A stretch of DNA of 38,703 bases from Bacteroidota bacterium (lineage in GTDB: Bacteria > Bacteroidota > Bacteroidia > UBA7662), in NCBI GenBank assembly GCA_016868875.1, contig VGFN01000003.1, forward strand, positions 1 to 38,703, in the 5' to 3' direction. The notes below the pieces were generated by a model. That model did not search any database. It saw only the letters and a program-made list of their open reading frames with translations, and had not been told where the DNA came from. Below are positions 17,698 through 27,315 of the stretch, one piece after another; position 1 is the stretch's first letter; every line of letters starts with the position of its first letter. A program made the position numbers and the translations under genes.

Positions 17698-19481
17698 AGG
17701 CAGCCACCGAGGAATACCAGGCGCCTGGAGCTGGTACCGTACAGGCCTTGAAGCGCTTGTTCGGGGAAATGAAACCGTACAGCTTCTTGTTGACCGGAAC
17801 CCTGCTCTTGGCCATCGTTCTTGCAGGGACAGCTCCGCTAAGACCATGGTTGATTCAACAAGCGGTGGACGGACCCATGACGCAGAAGGATTTGGTCAGC
17901 TTGGCCCAATACGGTTGGGTTATTTTGGCCTTGTTGCTTGGGGAATCCGGTCTAAGGTATCTCTTTGGTTTGTGGAGTGTGCAATTGGGACAGTCTGTGG
18001 TCAAAGATTTGCGACGCAAGCTTTATACGCATTTAACACGGTATCGCCCAAGTTTTTATGAATCCAGATCGGTAGGCGCCTTGGGAAGCAGGGTGATTAA
18101 CGATTTGGAGGCCATCGCAGAATTGTTTGCCCAAGGTTTCTTGACCATGGCGGGAGATGTTTTGCAGTTAATCGTGATTTTATCGGTGATGCTTTATACC
18201 GATTGGCGACTCACCTTGGTCAGTTTGATGGTTATGCCTCTGTTGTTATGGGTAACCTGGTGGTTCAAAGAAAAAGTTCACGGTTCATTCACCGAAGTTC
18301 GATCTCGAACCTCTTCGTTGAATTCCTTCCTCCAAGAACGCCTTAGCAATTTGCAACTCATTCCCCTGTTTCATCGCGAAGAGGAGGAGAACCGGGCCTT
18401 CCAAAAAGAAAACCAAGGTTTGGCCGAAGCGCATCTGAACGGGGTTTGGTATTATTCGGTGTATTTTCCAGTGGTCGAAGTTCTTACGGCCTTGGCCATG
18501 GGATTGATGGTTTGGTACGGAGCCGTGAGGGTGCAGGACGGGGCCTTGTCCACAGGGGTCTTGGTGGCCTTTCTGGTTTATATCAACCAGTTGTTCAGGC
18601 CATTGAGGTTGTTAGCGGACAAATTCAATTCCCTGCAGATGGGCATTATCGCATCTTCAAGGGTTTTTCAGTTGATTGATTTGAAAGCTTGGCCTGCGGA
18701 AACCAATGCAGCAGCGGATCAACCCATACAGGGCATCGATATACAAATTCAGAACTTAAATTTTGGATACCAAAAGGATGTCCGGGTCCTCCACGATATT
18801 CAATTGCATATGAAGCCCGGAGAAGTTTGGGCTGTGGTGGGGAGCAGTGGAAGTGGCAAATCGACCTTGGCCCAAATGCTGGTCAGATTTTATGAACCCG
18901 ATTCAGGGTGGATTCTCTTGGACGGTTTGCCTCACACGGAATTAACCTTGAGGCAACTGCGAAGGCGCATTATTTACGTTCCCCAAGAAGTCATTTTCTT
19001 CAGCGGGACCGTTTTGGATAACATTATTCTTCATGATTCCGGCATCACCATGGAATTGGTGGAGCTAAGGGTCAAGGAATTCAATCTTCTTGATTTTGTG
19101 GAGTCCTTGCCGCAGGGTTTGTTGACCCCGGTGGGGGAAAAGGGAGCTGGGCTATCCGCCGGTCAAAAGCAATTGGTGGCCCTGATTCGTGCTTTGGTAA
19201 GGCAGCCGGACCTCCTTATCCTGGACGAAGCCACCGCATCGGTGGACTCGGCCACGGAGGCCCAGGTCCAAAGGGGTATCGAGGCCTTTGTTCAAGGCCG
19301 TAATGCCTTGCTTATCGCCCATCGAATGTCCACTTTGCGGTTTGCCCACCGGATTTTGGTGATGAAGGATGGCCGTATCGTCGAAGAAGGAACCCATGCC
19401 GAACTATTGGCCCTGAATGGGCACTTTTCTAAACTGAGCCAAGGTCAACATTTGGGCGATTGGCTTGTTACTTCGCAGTAA
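17694..19481 (+). CDS. ABC exporter with fused TMD-NBD (MsbA/MdlB-like); start moved to ATG 17694
   Basis: Multi-TM N-terminus, Walker A GSSGSGKST, signature LSAGQKQ, Walker B LILDE, H-loop IAHR. ATGA overlap with the truA stop. Confidence 0.92.
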   Translation: MKAATEEYQAPGAGTVQALKRLFGEMKPYSFLLTGTLLLAIVLAGTAPLRPWLIQQAVDGPMTQKDLVSLAQYGWVILALLLGESGLRYLFGLWSVQLGQSVVKDLRRKLYTHLTRYRPSFYESRSVGALGSRVINDLEAIAELFAQGFLTMAGDVLQLIVILSVMLYTDWRLTLVSLMVMPLLLWVTWWFKEKVHGSFTEVRSRTSSLNSFLQERLSNLQLIPLFHREEEENRAFQKENQGLAEAHLNGVWYYSVYFPVVEVLTALAMGLMVWYGAVRVQDGALSTGVLVAFLVYINQLFRPLRLLADKFNSLQMGIIASSRVFQLIDLKAWPAETNAAADQPIQGIDIQIQNLNFGYQKDVRVLHDIQLHMKPGEVWAVVGSSGSGKSTLAQMLVRFYEPDSGWILLDGLPHTELTLRQLRRRIIYVPQEVIFFSGTVLDNIILHDSGITMELVELRVKEFNLLDFVESLPQGLLTPVGEKGAGLSAGQKQLVALIRALVRQPDLLILDEATASVDSATEAQVQRGIEAFVQGRNALLIAHRMSTLRFAHRILVMKDGRIVEEGTHAELLALNGHFSKLSQGQHLGDWLVTSQ

Positions 19482-19502
19482 CCAATCAATCCACCTATTC
19501 CC

Positions 19503-21602
19503 ATGAAGCCTAACCTATTTCTTTCCCCTATGATTTCTTTTTTTCGAACTGCTTTGCTTCAAATGACCACCATCCTCGGTTTGATGGCCTTGGTTGGGTT
19601 ACCTCTGTCGGCCGTGGCAACCACCAACGGGCATGGGGAAACACGCTCCTTGGTTGAGGTGGAGGGCCATTCCAATTGCGCCACCCTCAAGGGAGCGAGG
19701 GCTGGCATCGAAATGCGAAACCGAATGAGCCTCTCCGCATCGGCAATGAACCGGGGCGGGGATACCTACGATATCCATCATTACCATTTCAACTTAGCCT
19801 TGACCAATACCTCCACCGCGATTGCAGGGGATGTGATGTTTCGTTCGACCGTGACCTCACCGGTCATGGACACCTTTTGGTTTGAACTGAGGAGTTTCAT
19901 GAACATTGATTCGGTGCAAATTAACGGAACCCGTTACCTGCCCTCTGCTCTTTCCAGGTTGAATGACGTGGTCCGTGTTCCTTTGCTCAGCAATTTGGAT
20001 GCGGGAATGCAGGTGACCTGCCGAGTCTTCTACCAAGGGACCCCGCCGAGCGGTGGCTTCTTCAGCGGGGTAAGCTCTGCGGCTTCACCAACCTGGGGGG
20101 TCAATGTGACTTGGACTCTTTCGGAGCCTTTCTCAGCCCCGGATTGGTTTCCCTGCAAACAGGATCTTTGGGACAAGATTGACTCGGTTTTCTTTGACGG
20201 TACCAGCGTTGCGCCTAACAAAGTGGCCTCAACGGGTTTGCTTATCGGGGTCGATACGCTGACCAACAACAGGCGCAAATACAAATGGAGAAGCCGTATT
20301 CCAATGGCTTTCTATTTGATGGCCTTTTCGGTAACCGATTATACCGAGCATCTGAGTTGGGCACACCCCACCGCCCTGGCCAATGATTCGGTGCTGATTC
20401 AACATTGGATTTACAATGCCAACAATTCATCAGGGACTTCCTGCCTCAATTTTAACCGAACTGCATTGAACAGTACCGGGGCGATGATCGAGAATTTTTC
20501 GGACCTCTTTGTCCTGTACCCCTTTCATACCGAAAAATACGGTCACATGATGGCTCCCTTAGGGGGTGGGATGGAGCATCAAACCATGAGCACTATGGGG
20601 AGCTTCGGGATGGATTTGATCGCCCATGAATTGGCGCATCAGTGGTTTGGGGATATGGTAACCTGCGCGACTTGGAGCGATATTTGGTTGAACGAGGGTT
20701 GGGCTTCGTATGGTGAATACCTTCACCGCCAATATGTTGTTTCCCAAACATCGGCCAGCGATTGGATGAACAGCACCCACAGCTCGGCTCGTTCATCCAC
20801 CACAGGCTCGGTCTATGTCCCGGCATCGGGGTTGACGAACGTGAACAGGATTTTTTCATCCTCCTTAACCTACAAGAAAGGGGCTGCGGTCCTGCACATG
20901 CTTCGCAACGAAATCGGGGACGATTCCTTGTTCTTCCCGGCCGTTAGAGAATATCTTCAAGCCAAAAGGCATTCCGTGGCCACCACGGATGAATTCCGTC
21001 AGATCATGGAACAAAGGACTTCGGTCCCACTTCAGAACTTTTTCCAAGACTGGGTTTACGGCGAGGGGCATCCTACGTACAATATTCAATGGAATTGGCG
21101 TGATTCGGTGTTATGGCTCCAAATGCGCCAGACCGTGACCGCTCCTGTAGCGACCCCGGTTTTTCGTAACAAATTGCCGTTGGGGCTTATCACTTCCGGC
21201 CCTGGCCAAGCCCCATCGCTCATCCAGGTGGAACCAGCCCTGGGCCTGCAGCGCATTCGCATTCCTCGACAGGTGGCCAACGTTACCCTGGATCCTTCGA
21301 ATGCTATACTTAAAGGAACCGCTTCTTCCATTTCCAGGCTAGCTACTCTGGGGGTGGGCTTGGAGGAGCTTAATGTCATGAATTTCAATCCTTACCCCAA
21401 TCCTGTTCAGGGTATCTTGCAGGTGGATTTAAATTCCGCTGCGGAATTGCTCCTAACCGATTTAAGCGGTAGGCAAATGAACGTCTATCATGGGCATGAA
21501 GGCAAGAACCAACTCGATCTTAATCTCCCATCGGGTACCTATTTCCTGCAAGCCCTTTTTCCTGCAGGTTTAAGGGTTAGCCGTAGGATCGTCATTCCCT
21601 AA
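19503..21602 (+). CDS. Secreted M1-family Zn aminopeptidase with T9SS type A C-terminal sorting domain
   Basis: Signal peptide, GGMEH, HELAH-X18-E (WLNEG), LTYKKGA, C-terminal YPNPV...LTDLSGR...GTYFL...RRIVI. Confidence 0.9.
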   Translation: MKPNLFLSPMISFFRTALLQMTTILGLMALVGLPLSAVATTNGHGETRSLVEVEGHSNCATLKGARAGIEMRNRMSLSASAMNRGGDTYDIHHYHFNLALTNTSTAIAGDVMFRSTVTSPVMDTFWFELRSFMNIDSVQINGTRYLPSALSRLNDVVRVPLLSNLDAGMQVTCRVFYQGTPPSGGFFSGVSSAASPTWGVNVTWTLSEPFSAPDWFPCKQDLWDKIDSVFFDGTSVAPNKVASTGLLIGVDTLTNNRRKYKWRSRIPMAFYLMAFSVTDYTEHLSWAHPTALANDSVLIQHWIYNANNSSGTSCLNFNRTALNSTGAMIENFSDLFVLYPFHTEKYGHMMAPLGGGMEHQTMSTMGSFGMDLIAHELAHQWFGDMVTCATWSDIWLNEGWASYGEYLHRQYVVSQTSASDWMNSTHSSARSSTTGSVYVPASGLTNVNRIFSSSLTYKKGAAVLHMLRNEIGDDSLFFPAVREYLQAKRHSVATTDEFRQIMEQRTSVPLQNFFQDWVYGEGHPTYNIQWNWRDSVLWLQMRQTVTAPVATPVFRNKLPLGLITSGPGQAPSLIQVEPALGLQRIRIPRQVANVTLDPSNAILKGTASSISRLATLGVGLEELNVMNFNPYPNPVQGILQVDLNSAAELLLTDLSGRQMNVYHGHEGKNQLDLNLPSGTYFLQALFPAGLRVSRRIVIP

Positions 21603-21638
21603 ACGACGCCAGGAGAGACCAGATCGGAAAAGGTAAGC

Positions 21639-22616
21639 TCAGGGTTTGCCCTTGGAATCTTTGCTTTGCTTGGAATCCAAGGCCTTTTTGGAATCCTTGT
21701 CTTTGCGTCCGAAGACGGATACCTGCACATACCTCCCCGGATTTTGCCTCAAGTCGGTGAGCAAGAGGTTGAGGGACTGGGTGCTTTGCTGCAAGTTGTA
21801 ATACAAAGAACTATCTTTCATTAACTTACCCAAGGTGCCTTGATCGCTTTGGATTCGTTCCATGAGCTGCTTTGTGGAAGACAAGGCCAACTCTGCCTGG
21901 TTTACCGTTTGTTTGAGTTGCAAATGGGTCAACGAATCGGAGAAGGACTTGAAGTTTTGGATGGAGGCTTTGAGAAGGGGTTGATCTTGGCGCAGATCTT
22001 CGGAAAGACGTGAAAGCTCGCTGAGGGTTTTTTGAATGGGGGCACGGCTATCTCGAATGAGTTCGTTCAGGTTGCTGCTTCCCTCGTCCAACTGGGCAAG
22101 GCTATGTCGAATTTTGGCTTCCTCCACGGCTTCCAAAATGCGGTTGAGGTTGTTTAGGCTGATTTCGACTTTGTCTTTGAGCGGAGTCAGGTCCCCCACC
22201 AAATTTTCAATAAGGCTGGGAGCGATCTCGGCAGGAAGCGTATCCCGATGCCGGTAAGTGCGATCAGCATCCAGACCTATTTCGATTTGCAAAGCTTTGG
22301 TATCAAAGAGGTCGGTGCTGACCAGTCTCAGCCTAGTGCCTAGAGGAAGGCTAACTCGCTTGGAAACCTCCACAGTCACCAAGACAGCGTTCCGTTCGGG
22401 CAGAAGTTCAACCTCAGTTACCGTACCCGTCTTGATGCCTTTGTACAAAACGGGGGCTGCGGCCTTGAGCCCCTTTACATCATCCAATAATGAATAATAG
22501 GTGTTACGGCCCGTGAATATATCGTCGCCTTTCAGGAAATTAATCCCAATAAACAACAGCGTCAGGGCCATTGTAGCAAAAAGTCCGATCCAAATTTCCT
22601 TGGGTATCTTGTGCAT
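21639..22616 (-). CDS. MlaD/MCE-family protein
   Basis: KEIWIGL..TM..INFLKG, DVKGL...APVLYKGIKTGTV MCE domain, long helical region, GTLGKLMKD..LY, DLRQNPGRYV. Confidence 0.9.
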   Translation of the reverse strand: MHKIPKEIWIGLFATMALTLLFIGINFLKGDDIFTGRNTYYSLLDDVKGLKAAAPVLYKGIKTGTVTEVELLPERNAVLVTVEVSKRVSLPLGTRLRLVSTDLFDTKALQIEIGLDADRTYRHRDTLPAEIAPSLIENLVGDLTPLKDKVEISLNNLNRILEAVEEAKIRHSLAQLDEGSSNLNELIRDSRAPIQKTLSELSRLSEDLRQDQPLLKASIQNFKSFSDSLTHLQLKQTVNQAELALSSTKQLMERIQSDQGTLGKLMKDSSLYYNLQQSTQSLNLLLTDLRQNPGRYVQVSVFGRKDKDSKKALDSKQSKDSKGKP

Positions 22617-22645
22617 AGGTTGGTTTTAGGGGGAGATTTCCTCGG

Positions 22646-23464
22646 TCAAGGATTGTTCTGATGGTGGTATAGCTCAATGGCTTCAGCGATCGACAGCGAA
22701 AGTTTGTTTTGGCCTTGTTCAGAACGCATGAATTGCTCTTCCTCGTCATGCGTGAGAAATCCCGTTTCGACAAGGACGGCGGGCATGGTGGTCCGGTAGA
22801 GCACCAGGAAACCAGCTTGTTTAACCCCCCGGCTATGGCGGCCGGTATGGTGCACGAATTTTCGTTCAATGAGTCGGGCCAATTCCAGGCTTTGTGTTCG
22901 GTAGGCGCTTTGGAACAATTCAAAAATAATGTGGGCCGTTGGGTCGTTGGGATTGAAACCGTCGTATTGCTCCAGGTAATTGCTTTCCATCAGGACCGTT
23001 GAATTTTCTCTTTTGGCGACGTTCAAGTTGGCCCCTGTGACATGCAAACCTTGGGTGAAGGTTTCCGTCCCGTGGGCTTTGGCTCCGCCGCTGTTGCAAT
23101 GGATGGAGACAAAGAGGTCGGCATTTAGACGATTGGCTATGCCAGCTCTCTCGTGGAGTTCGATGAATTTGTCCTCGTTGCGGGTCAGATGGACCTGCAG
23201 TCCAGGGATTCGTTTCCGCAGCTGATCGGCCACTTTTCGCGTTATTTCCAAGGTGACGACCTTTTCGAGGGAGCCTCTGCCTTTGCAACCGCTGTCATGA
23301 CCCCCGTGTCCTGCATCCAGAACGATTCGATGCAGCGTGTAGGCCTTGACTCCTAAGTTGGGGCAAGCAAGGCTCCAAAAGAGGCTAACCAAAGCGATTC
23401 CCCGGAACCATGAGGTCCAAAGCGACCGTTGAAGTAGTTTTGGGGTTCGATGAAGGTAAGGCAT
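22646..23464 (-). CDS. N-acetylmuramoyl-L-alanine amidase (Amidase_3); start uncertain
   Basis: IVLDAGHGGHD, EK, LTR, ADLFVSIHCN, AKRENS, RGVKQAGFLVL, PAVLVETGF. Confidence 0.94.
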   Translation of the reverse strand: MPYLHRTPKLLQRSLWTSWFRGIALVSLFWSLACPNLGVKAYTLHRIVLDAGHGGHDSGCKGRGSLEKVVTLEITRKVADQLRKRIPGLQVHLTRNEDKFIELHERAGIANRLNADLFVSIHCNSGGAKAHGTETFTQGLHVTGANLNVAKRENSTVLMESNYLEQYDGFNPNDPTAHIIFELFQSAYRTQSLELARLIERKFVHHTGRHSRGVKQAGFLVLYRTTMPAVLVETGFLTHDEEEQFMRSEQGQNKLSLSIAEAIELYHHQNNP

Positions 23465-26080
23465 TCGGTATTGGCAAATTTGCTTAGCAAATCTAGGGAA
23501 TCAGGCATGCTTCACAACCAGCATCTGGGGCAATGTTCCCCTTCATTTCAGCGGTTGGGCCTCTGCTTGGCCTTGGCCATCGCGCCTGTGTTTAGTATTT
23601 ACGCTCAAGATACCTCGGCATCAAAGGATAGCCTTAGGGTCAAATCCAAGGATGAGCCCGAACAAACCGTGGATTACGAGGCAGCAGATTCCATCTTGGT
23701 GGATTTCAGTTCCAACCAAGCCCAGCTGATGGGGAAGGTCAAAATCCGTTTTGGAAGCATGGAATTGCAAAGCGGCAGGGCCTTTCAGAATTGGCGAAGC
23801 AGGTCCCTGAAGGCTTTGCCAATTGCGGATAGTTTGGGGCGTATGGCCGATACCCCTCGCTTTGTGGACGGTACACAGAGCTTTGTGGCGGACTCGATGG
23901 AATACGATTTGGTGGCAGGACGAGGCAAGATCACCGAATTGGTGACCCGTGAAGGAGAGGCCTTCGTGATTGGTCGCAAAGTCCAAAGGGTTTCCGAGGG
24001 AGATATGTATGTTCGTAACACCTTGTTTACAACCTGCTCCGATACTCGTCATCCTCATTTTCACCTCCAACTGGGTAAGGCAAAGCTCATCCCGGACAAG
24101 CGGATTATTGCCGGTCCGTCAAGGTTGGTAGCCTTGGATATTCCTTTGCCTATCGGCCTACCATTCGCGGTAATTCCCCTGATGCGCGGTCAGAAAGCAG
24201 GCATTTTGTTTCCGGAGTACGGGAACTCACCGCAGTTTGGTTTTTTCTTGCGTAACGGGGGGTATTATTGGCCGATTAGCCCGACCATGGACCTTAGCCT
24301 ACGCGGCGATGTTTATGCCTACGGTGGGTGGAGGCTGAACCCTACTTTGGGCTACAACCAAAGATACCGTTCATCCGGTCGCCTGAACATCAACTGGAGC
24401 AACCTCCAATCAGGGGATCCCGAGGCCAAGGATTTCAGTCGCCAACGAGACTTTATGGTTTTCTGGCAGCATAATCAAGATGCCCGGGCTCATCCGTACC
24501 GAAGATTTTCAGCCTCCGTGCAAGCAGGAACCAGTAATTTTCTAAGGAACAACACGCCCTCCACCACGGACTTTCTGAATAATCAATTAAATTCATCCGT
24601 TTCGTACAGCCGTTCCTTTCCCGGTAAACCGATTCAGTTAAACCTGGCGGCCAGGCATTCCCAAAACACCCAAACCAGACGCCTGCAAGTCAATTTCCCT
24701 GAAGGCAACTTGAACATCGCCAGGGTTCAACCTTTCCGAAAACGCTCCGCTATAGGGGCTGAGAAATGGTATGAGAAAATCGGTTTCACGTACCAGTCCA
24801 ATTTGCGGTCTTCCTTGAATATTGCGGATACGCTCTTCAGACCATCAAATGCAATTCAGAATTTGGATGCTGGTTTGCAACATAATTTACCGTTTTCGAC
24901 CTCATCCTTTCGCTTAGGGAATTTTGTACAAATCACCCCAAGTTTTGCCTACCAAGAACGTTGGACCAACCGCCGTTCGGTATTGACTTACGATACCGCG
25001 TTGGGTAAGGCCGTAGCAGATACCGAGCGTGGTTTTTTTCGTAACTACGATTATCAATTCAGCATGCTGATGAATACCCGTTTGTTTGGTTTAGTTCAAT
25101 TCGCCAAAGGGCCAATCGCAGCTATTCGGCATGTGATTAACCCTCAGATTTCTTTGGGTTGGCGGCCTGATTTTGGGGCTGCTCGCTTTGGGTTTTACAA
25201 AACCGTGCAGGTGGATCGACAGGGCAATACCCGTATTTACAGCCCCTACGCAGGCTTCGGTTACGGGGTCGCTGGCGCTGGTGGTTCCGCCTCCCTTAAT
25301 TGGAGCATTGATAACAACTTGGAATTCAAAACCAGAACCCAAGGCGACAGCGGGGAAGTCCTGCAACGTCGTAAACTCTTCGATTCCTTTCGTTTCGGTG
25401 GCACCTACAATTTCAATGCCGATTCCTTGAAAATGTCTTCCATACAATGGGGTGGGAGAACCCAGTTTGGTGACCGTTTTAGTTTGCTCTTCTCTGGTGT
25501 TTGGGATGTTTACCAAAGGGGAGAGGACCGACGCTTAATTAACCGTTGGTTAGCGTCCGAACAATGGTGGAAACCCGTGGCCCTTTCCCAGGCCAACTTT
25601 ACGGTGAGCGGTGGATTTGGGGGGGCTGCCACCGAAAGCGCTACGTCCAATCGTATGGGAATGCCGCCACTCTTATGGGACCGCGGAGATTCGTCGATAT
25701 GGGACGATATTCAGCGTTATGGATACCGCATGTTCATCGATTGGAATGTCCCGTATCGATTTAATTTTAATTACAACCTAACCTACCAGGCTCTCAACCC
25801 CAAAGATCAACAATGGGTACAGTCATTGACCTTCAACGGCGATCTTTCTTTGACCCGTTTATGGAAAATCGCTTTTAATTCAGGCTTGGATTTGGTTTCC
25901 CTGAAGCTTACCCCAACGGTGATCAATCTGTACCGGGATTTGCATTGTTGGGAAATGAGCCTGAATCTGGTGCCCTTTGGGACGTACAAATCCTACACCT
26001 TTACCATTAATGCCAAAGGTCAAATGCTCCAGGATCTGCGGCTGATTAGGCGGCGGAACTGGTTTGATTTGCAGCGTTAG
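23450..26080 (+). CDS. lptD: Putative LPS-assembly outer-membrane protein LptD (Bacteroidota type); start 23450 or 23507
   Basis: VDYEAADSI, FTTCSD..HPHF, GFFLRNGGYY, aromatic beta-strand C-terminus RDLHCWEM..PFG.Y.SY.F. Divergent from amidase-MlaD as usual in the phylum. Confidence 0.8.
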   Translation: MKVRHSVLANLLSKSRESGMLHNQHLGQCSPSFQRLGLCLALAIAPVFSIYAQDTSASKDSLRVKSKDEPEQTVDYEAADSILVDFSSNQAQLMGKVKIRFGSMELQSGRAFQNWRSRSLKALPIADSLGRMADTPRFVDGTQSFVADSMEYDLVAGRGKITELVTREGEAFVIGRKVQRVSEGDMYVRNTLFTTCSDTRHPHFHLQLGKAKLIPDKRIIAGPSRLVALDIPLPIGLPFAVIPLMRGQKAGILFPEYGNSPQFGFFLRNGGYYWPISPTMDLSLRGDVYAYGGWRLNPTLGYNQRYRSSGRLNINWSNLQSGDPEAKDFSRQRDFMVFWQHNQDARAHPYRRFSASVQAGTSNFLRNNTPSTTDFLNNQLNSSVSYSRSFPGKPIQLNLAARHSQNTQTRRLQVNFPEGNLNIARVQPFRKRSAIGAEKWYEKIGFTYQSNLRSSLNIADTLFRPSNAIQNLDAGLQHNLPFSTSSFRLGNFVQITPSFAYQERWTNRRSVLTYDTALGKAVADTERGFFRNYDYQFSMLMNTRLFGLVQFAKGPIAAIRHVINPQISLGWRPDFGAARFGFYKTVQVDRQGNTRIYSPYAGFGYGVAGAGGSASLNWSIDNNLEFKTRTQGDSGEVLQRRKLFDSFRFGGTYNFNADSLKMSSIQWGGRTQFGDRFSLLFSGVWDVYQRGEDRRLINRWLASEQWWKPVALSQANFTVSGGFGGAATESATSNRMGMPPLLWDRGDSSIWDDIQRYGYRMFIDWNVPYRFNFNYNLTYQALNPKDQQWVQSLTFNGDLSLTRLWKIAFNSGLDLVSLKLTPTVINLYRDLHCWEMSLNLVPFGTYKSYTFTINAKGQMLQDLRLIRRRNWFDLQR

Positions 26081-27255
26081 GCTGCCTCTTGGCGTCTTTG
26101 CCGTTGCTCCGCAAGCAACAAAGCATATTCTCTGGATAATTCTCCTGCGGCTGATGAGTTTTCCCTGGCCCTGCGAAGCAAATAAGGTAAAACCTTGTCC
26201 ACGGGTCCGTAGGGCAAGTATTTGGCTACCCTGTACCCTGCATCGGCCAATTCTGCTGACAGGGAATCGCTCATCCCCAATAGCTGGGCAAACAAGATTC
26301 GATCACTGATTTTGGCCAAACTGAATCGTTCCATTAATACGGTTGCCCAAACACAAGTTGAACGGTTGTGCGTCCCTAAGCACAAGAACGCATTGGGGTG
26401 TTGCAACAATATTTCAATCGCTCGATGCGTGTCGCGGTCAGTAGCCTCTTTGTCGGGTTGAATGGGGTCTAGGTATCCCAACAGGCCGGCTCTTTTCCTT
26501 TCCTTTTCCATATAAGCGCCCCGAACGACCTTGAAGCCTGGGACATAGCCTTCTTCTTGAGCATGCTTCAAACATTGATCCAAATATTCCAAACGATCAT
26601 GGCGGTACATCTGCAAGGTTTGAATCACAATGGCCTTGGAGCGATTGAATTCTACCGTGGCCTCCATGGCGATTTGGTCAATAGGGTCTTGAAGCCAACT
26701 TTCTTCGGCATCAATCATGATGGGGCATTGCAAATCGGATGCCCTTCGTAGCAGATTCATGACCCTACCCTTGCCACGATGGAAGGCTTCAATTTGTTTT
26801 GGGTCGAATAAAGCGTTTTTCGCAGAGGCTTCCAAGAGGTCGGAATGGACGAGGCCGGTGACCTTGAAAACAAAGAGAGGAGTTTCGGGATGATTCGCCG
26901 TAAAGGTTAAGGCATCCTGCAGTTCAACCAAGGTCTCGTCCATCAATTCTTCGCTGTTCAATCCTTCCACCGAATAATCCAGGATGCTTCCAACCCCTGA
27001 TCGTTGCAGTTCTGCAATTTTGGGCAAGGATTTCTGAAGGGACTCGCCCCCACAAAACTCTTGGAAAACGGTTGCGCGAATAATTCCCCGAACAGGTAGG
27101 CGAAATTTCAAGGCCCATTCCGCCAAGAACCCCAGCATTTGGACCATTTTGGCCTGGTTCATGATACCGAAGAGCCACAGTTTCCGTCGCAAGGTCTGCG
27201 GAGTCAGTTTTCGATAGGCGGGGGAGCGGTCAGGTGGTTGATTGGCGATTGGCAC
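26077..27255 (-). CDS. Monofunctional proline dehydrogenase
   Basis: FCGGES, ILDYSVE, FKVTG, MIDAEESW, TLQMYRHDR, KVVRGAYME, GTHN, AQLLGMSD, KYLPYGP, YLLRRARENS. Confidence 0.93.
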   Translation of the reverse strand: MPIANQPPDRSPAYRKLTPQTLRRKLWLFGIMNQAKMVQMLGFLAEWALKFRLPVRGIIRATVFQEFCGGESLQKSLPKIAELQRSGVGSILDYSVEGLNSEELMDETLVELQDALTFTANHPETPLFVFKVTGLVHSDLLEASAKNALFDPKQIEAFHRGKGRVMNLLRRASDLQCPIMIDAEESWLQDPIDQIAMEATVEFNRSKAIVIQTLQMYRHDRLEYLDQCLKHAQEEGYVPGFKVVRGAYMEKERKRAGLLGYLDPIQPDKEATDRDTHRAIEILLQHPNAFLCLGTHNRSTCVWATVLMERFSLAKISDRILFAQLLGMSDSLSAELADAGYRVAKYLPYGPVDKVLPYLLRRARENSSAAGELSREYALLLAEQRQRRQEAA

Positions 27256-27259
27256 AGCC

Positions 27260-27267
27260 CAAAAATA
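27260..27267 (-). promoter_or_regulatory. -7 element TATTTTTG, 4 nt before the GTG of proline dehydrogenase
   Basis: Matches TAnnTTTG on the minus strand. Confidence 0.5.
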
Positions 27268-27315
27268 GCCATACGCAACCTTTGGCAGTCTCGGTTGTTT
27301 CTTTGCTAAAGAATC

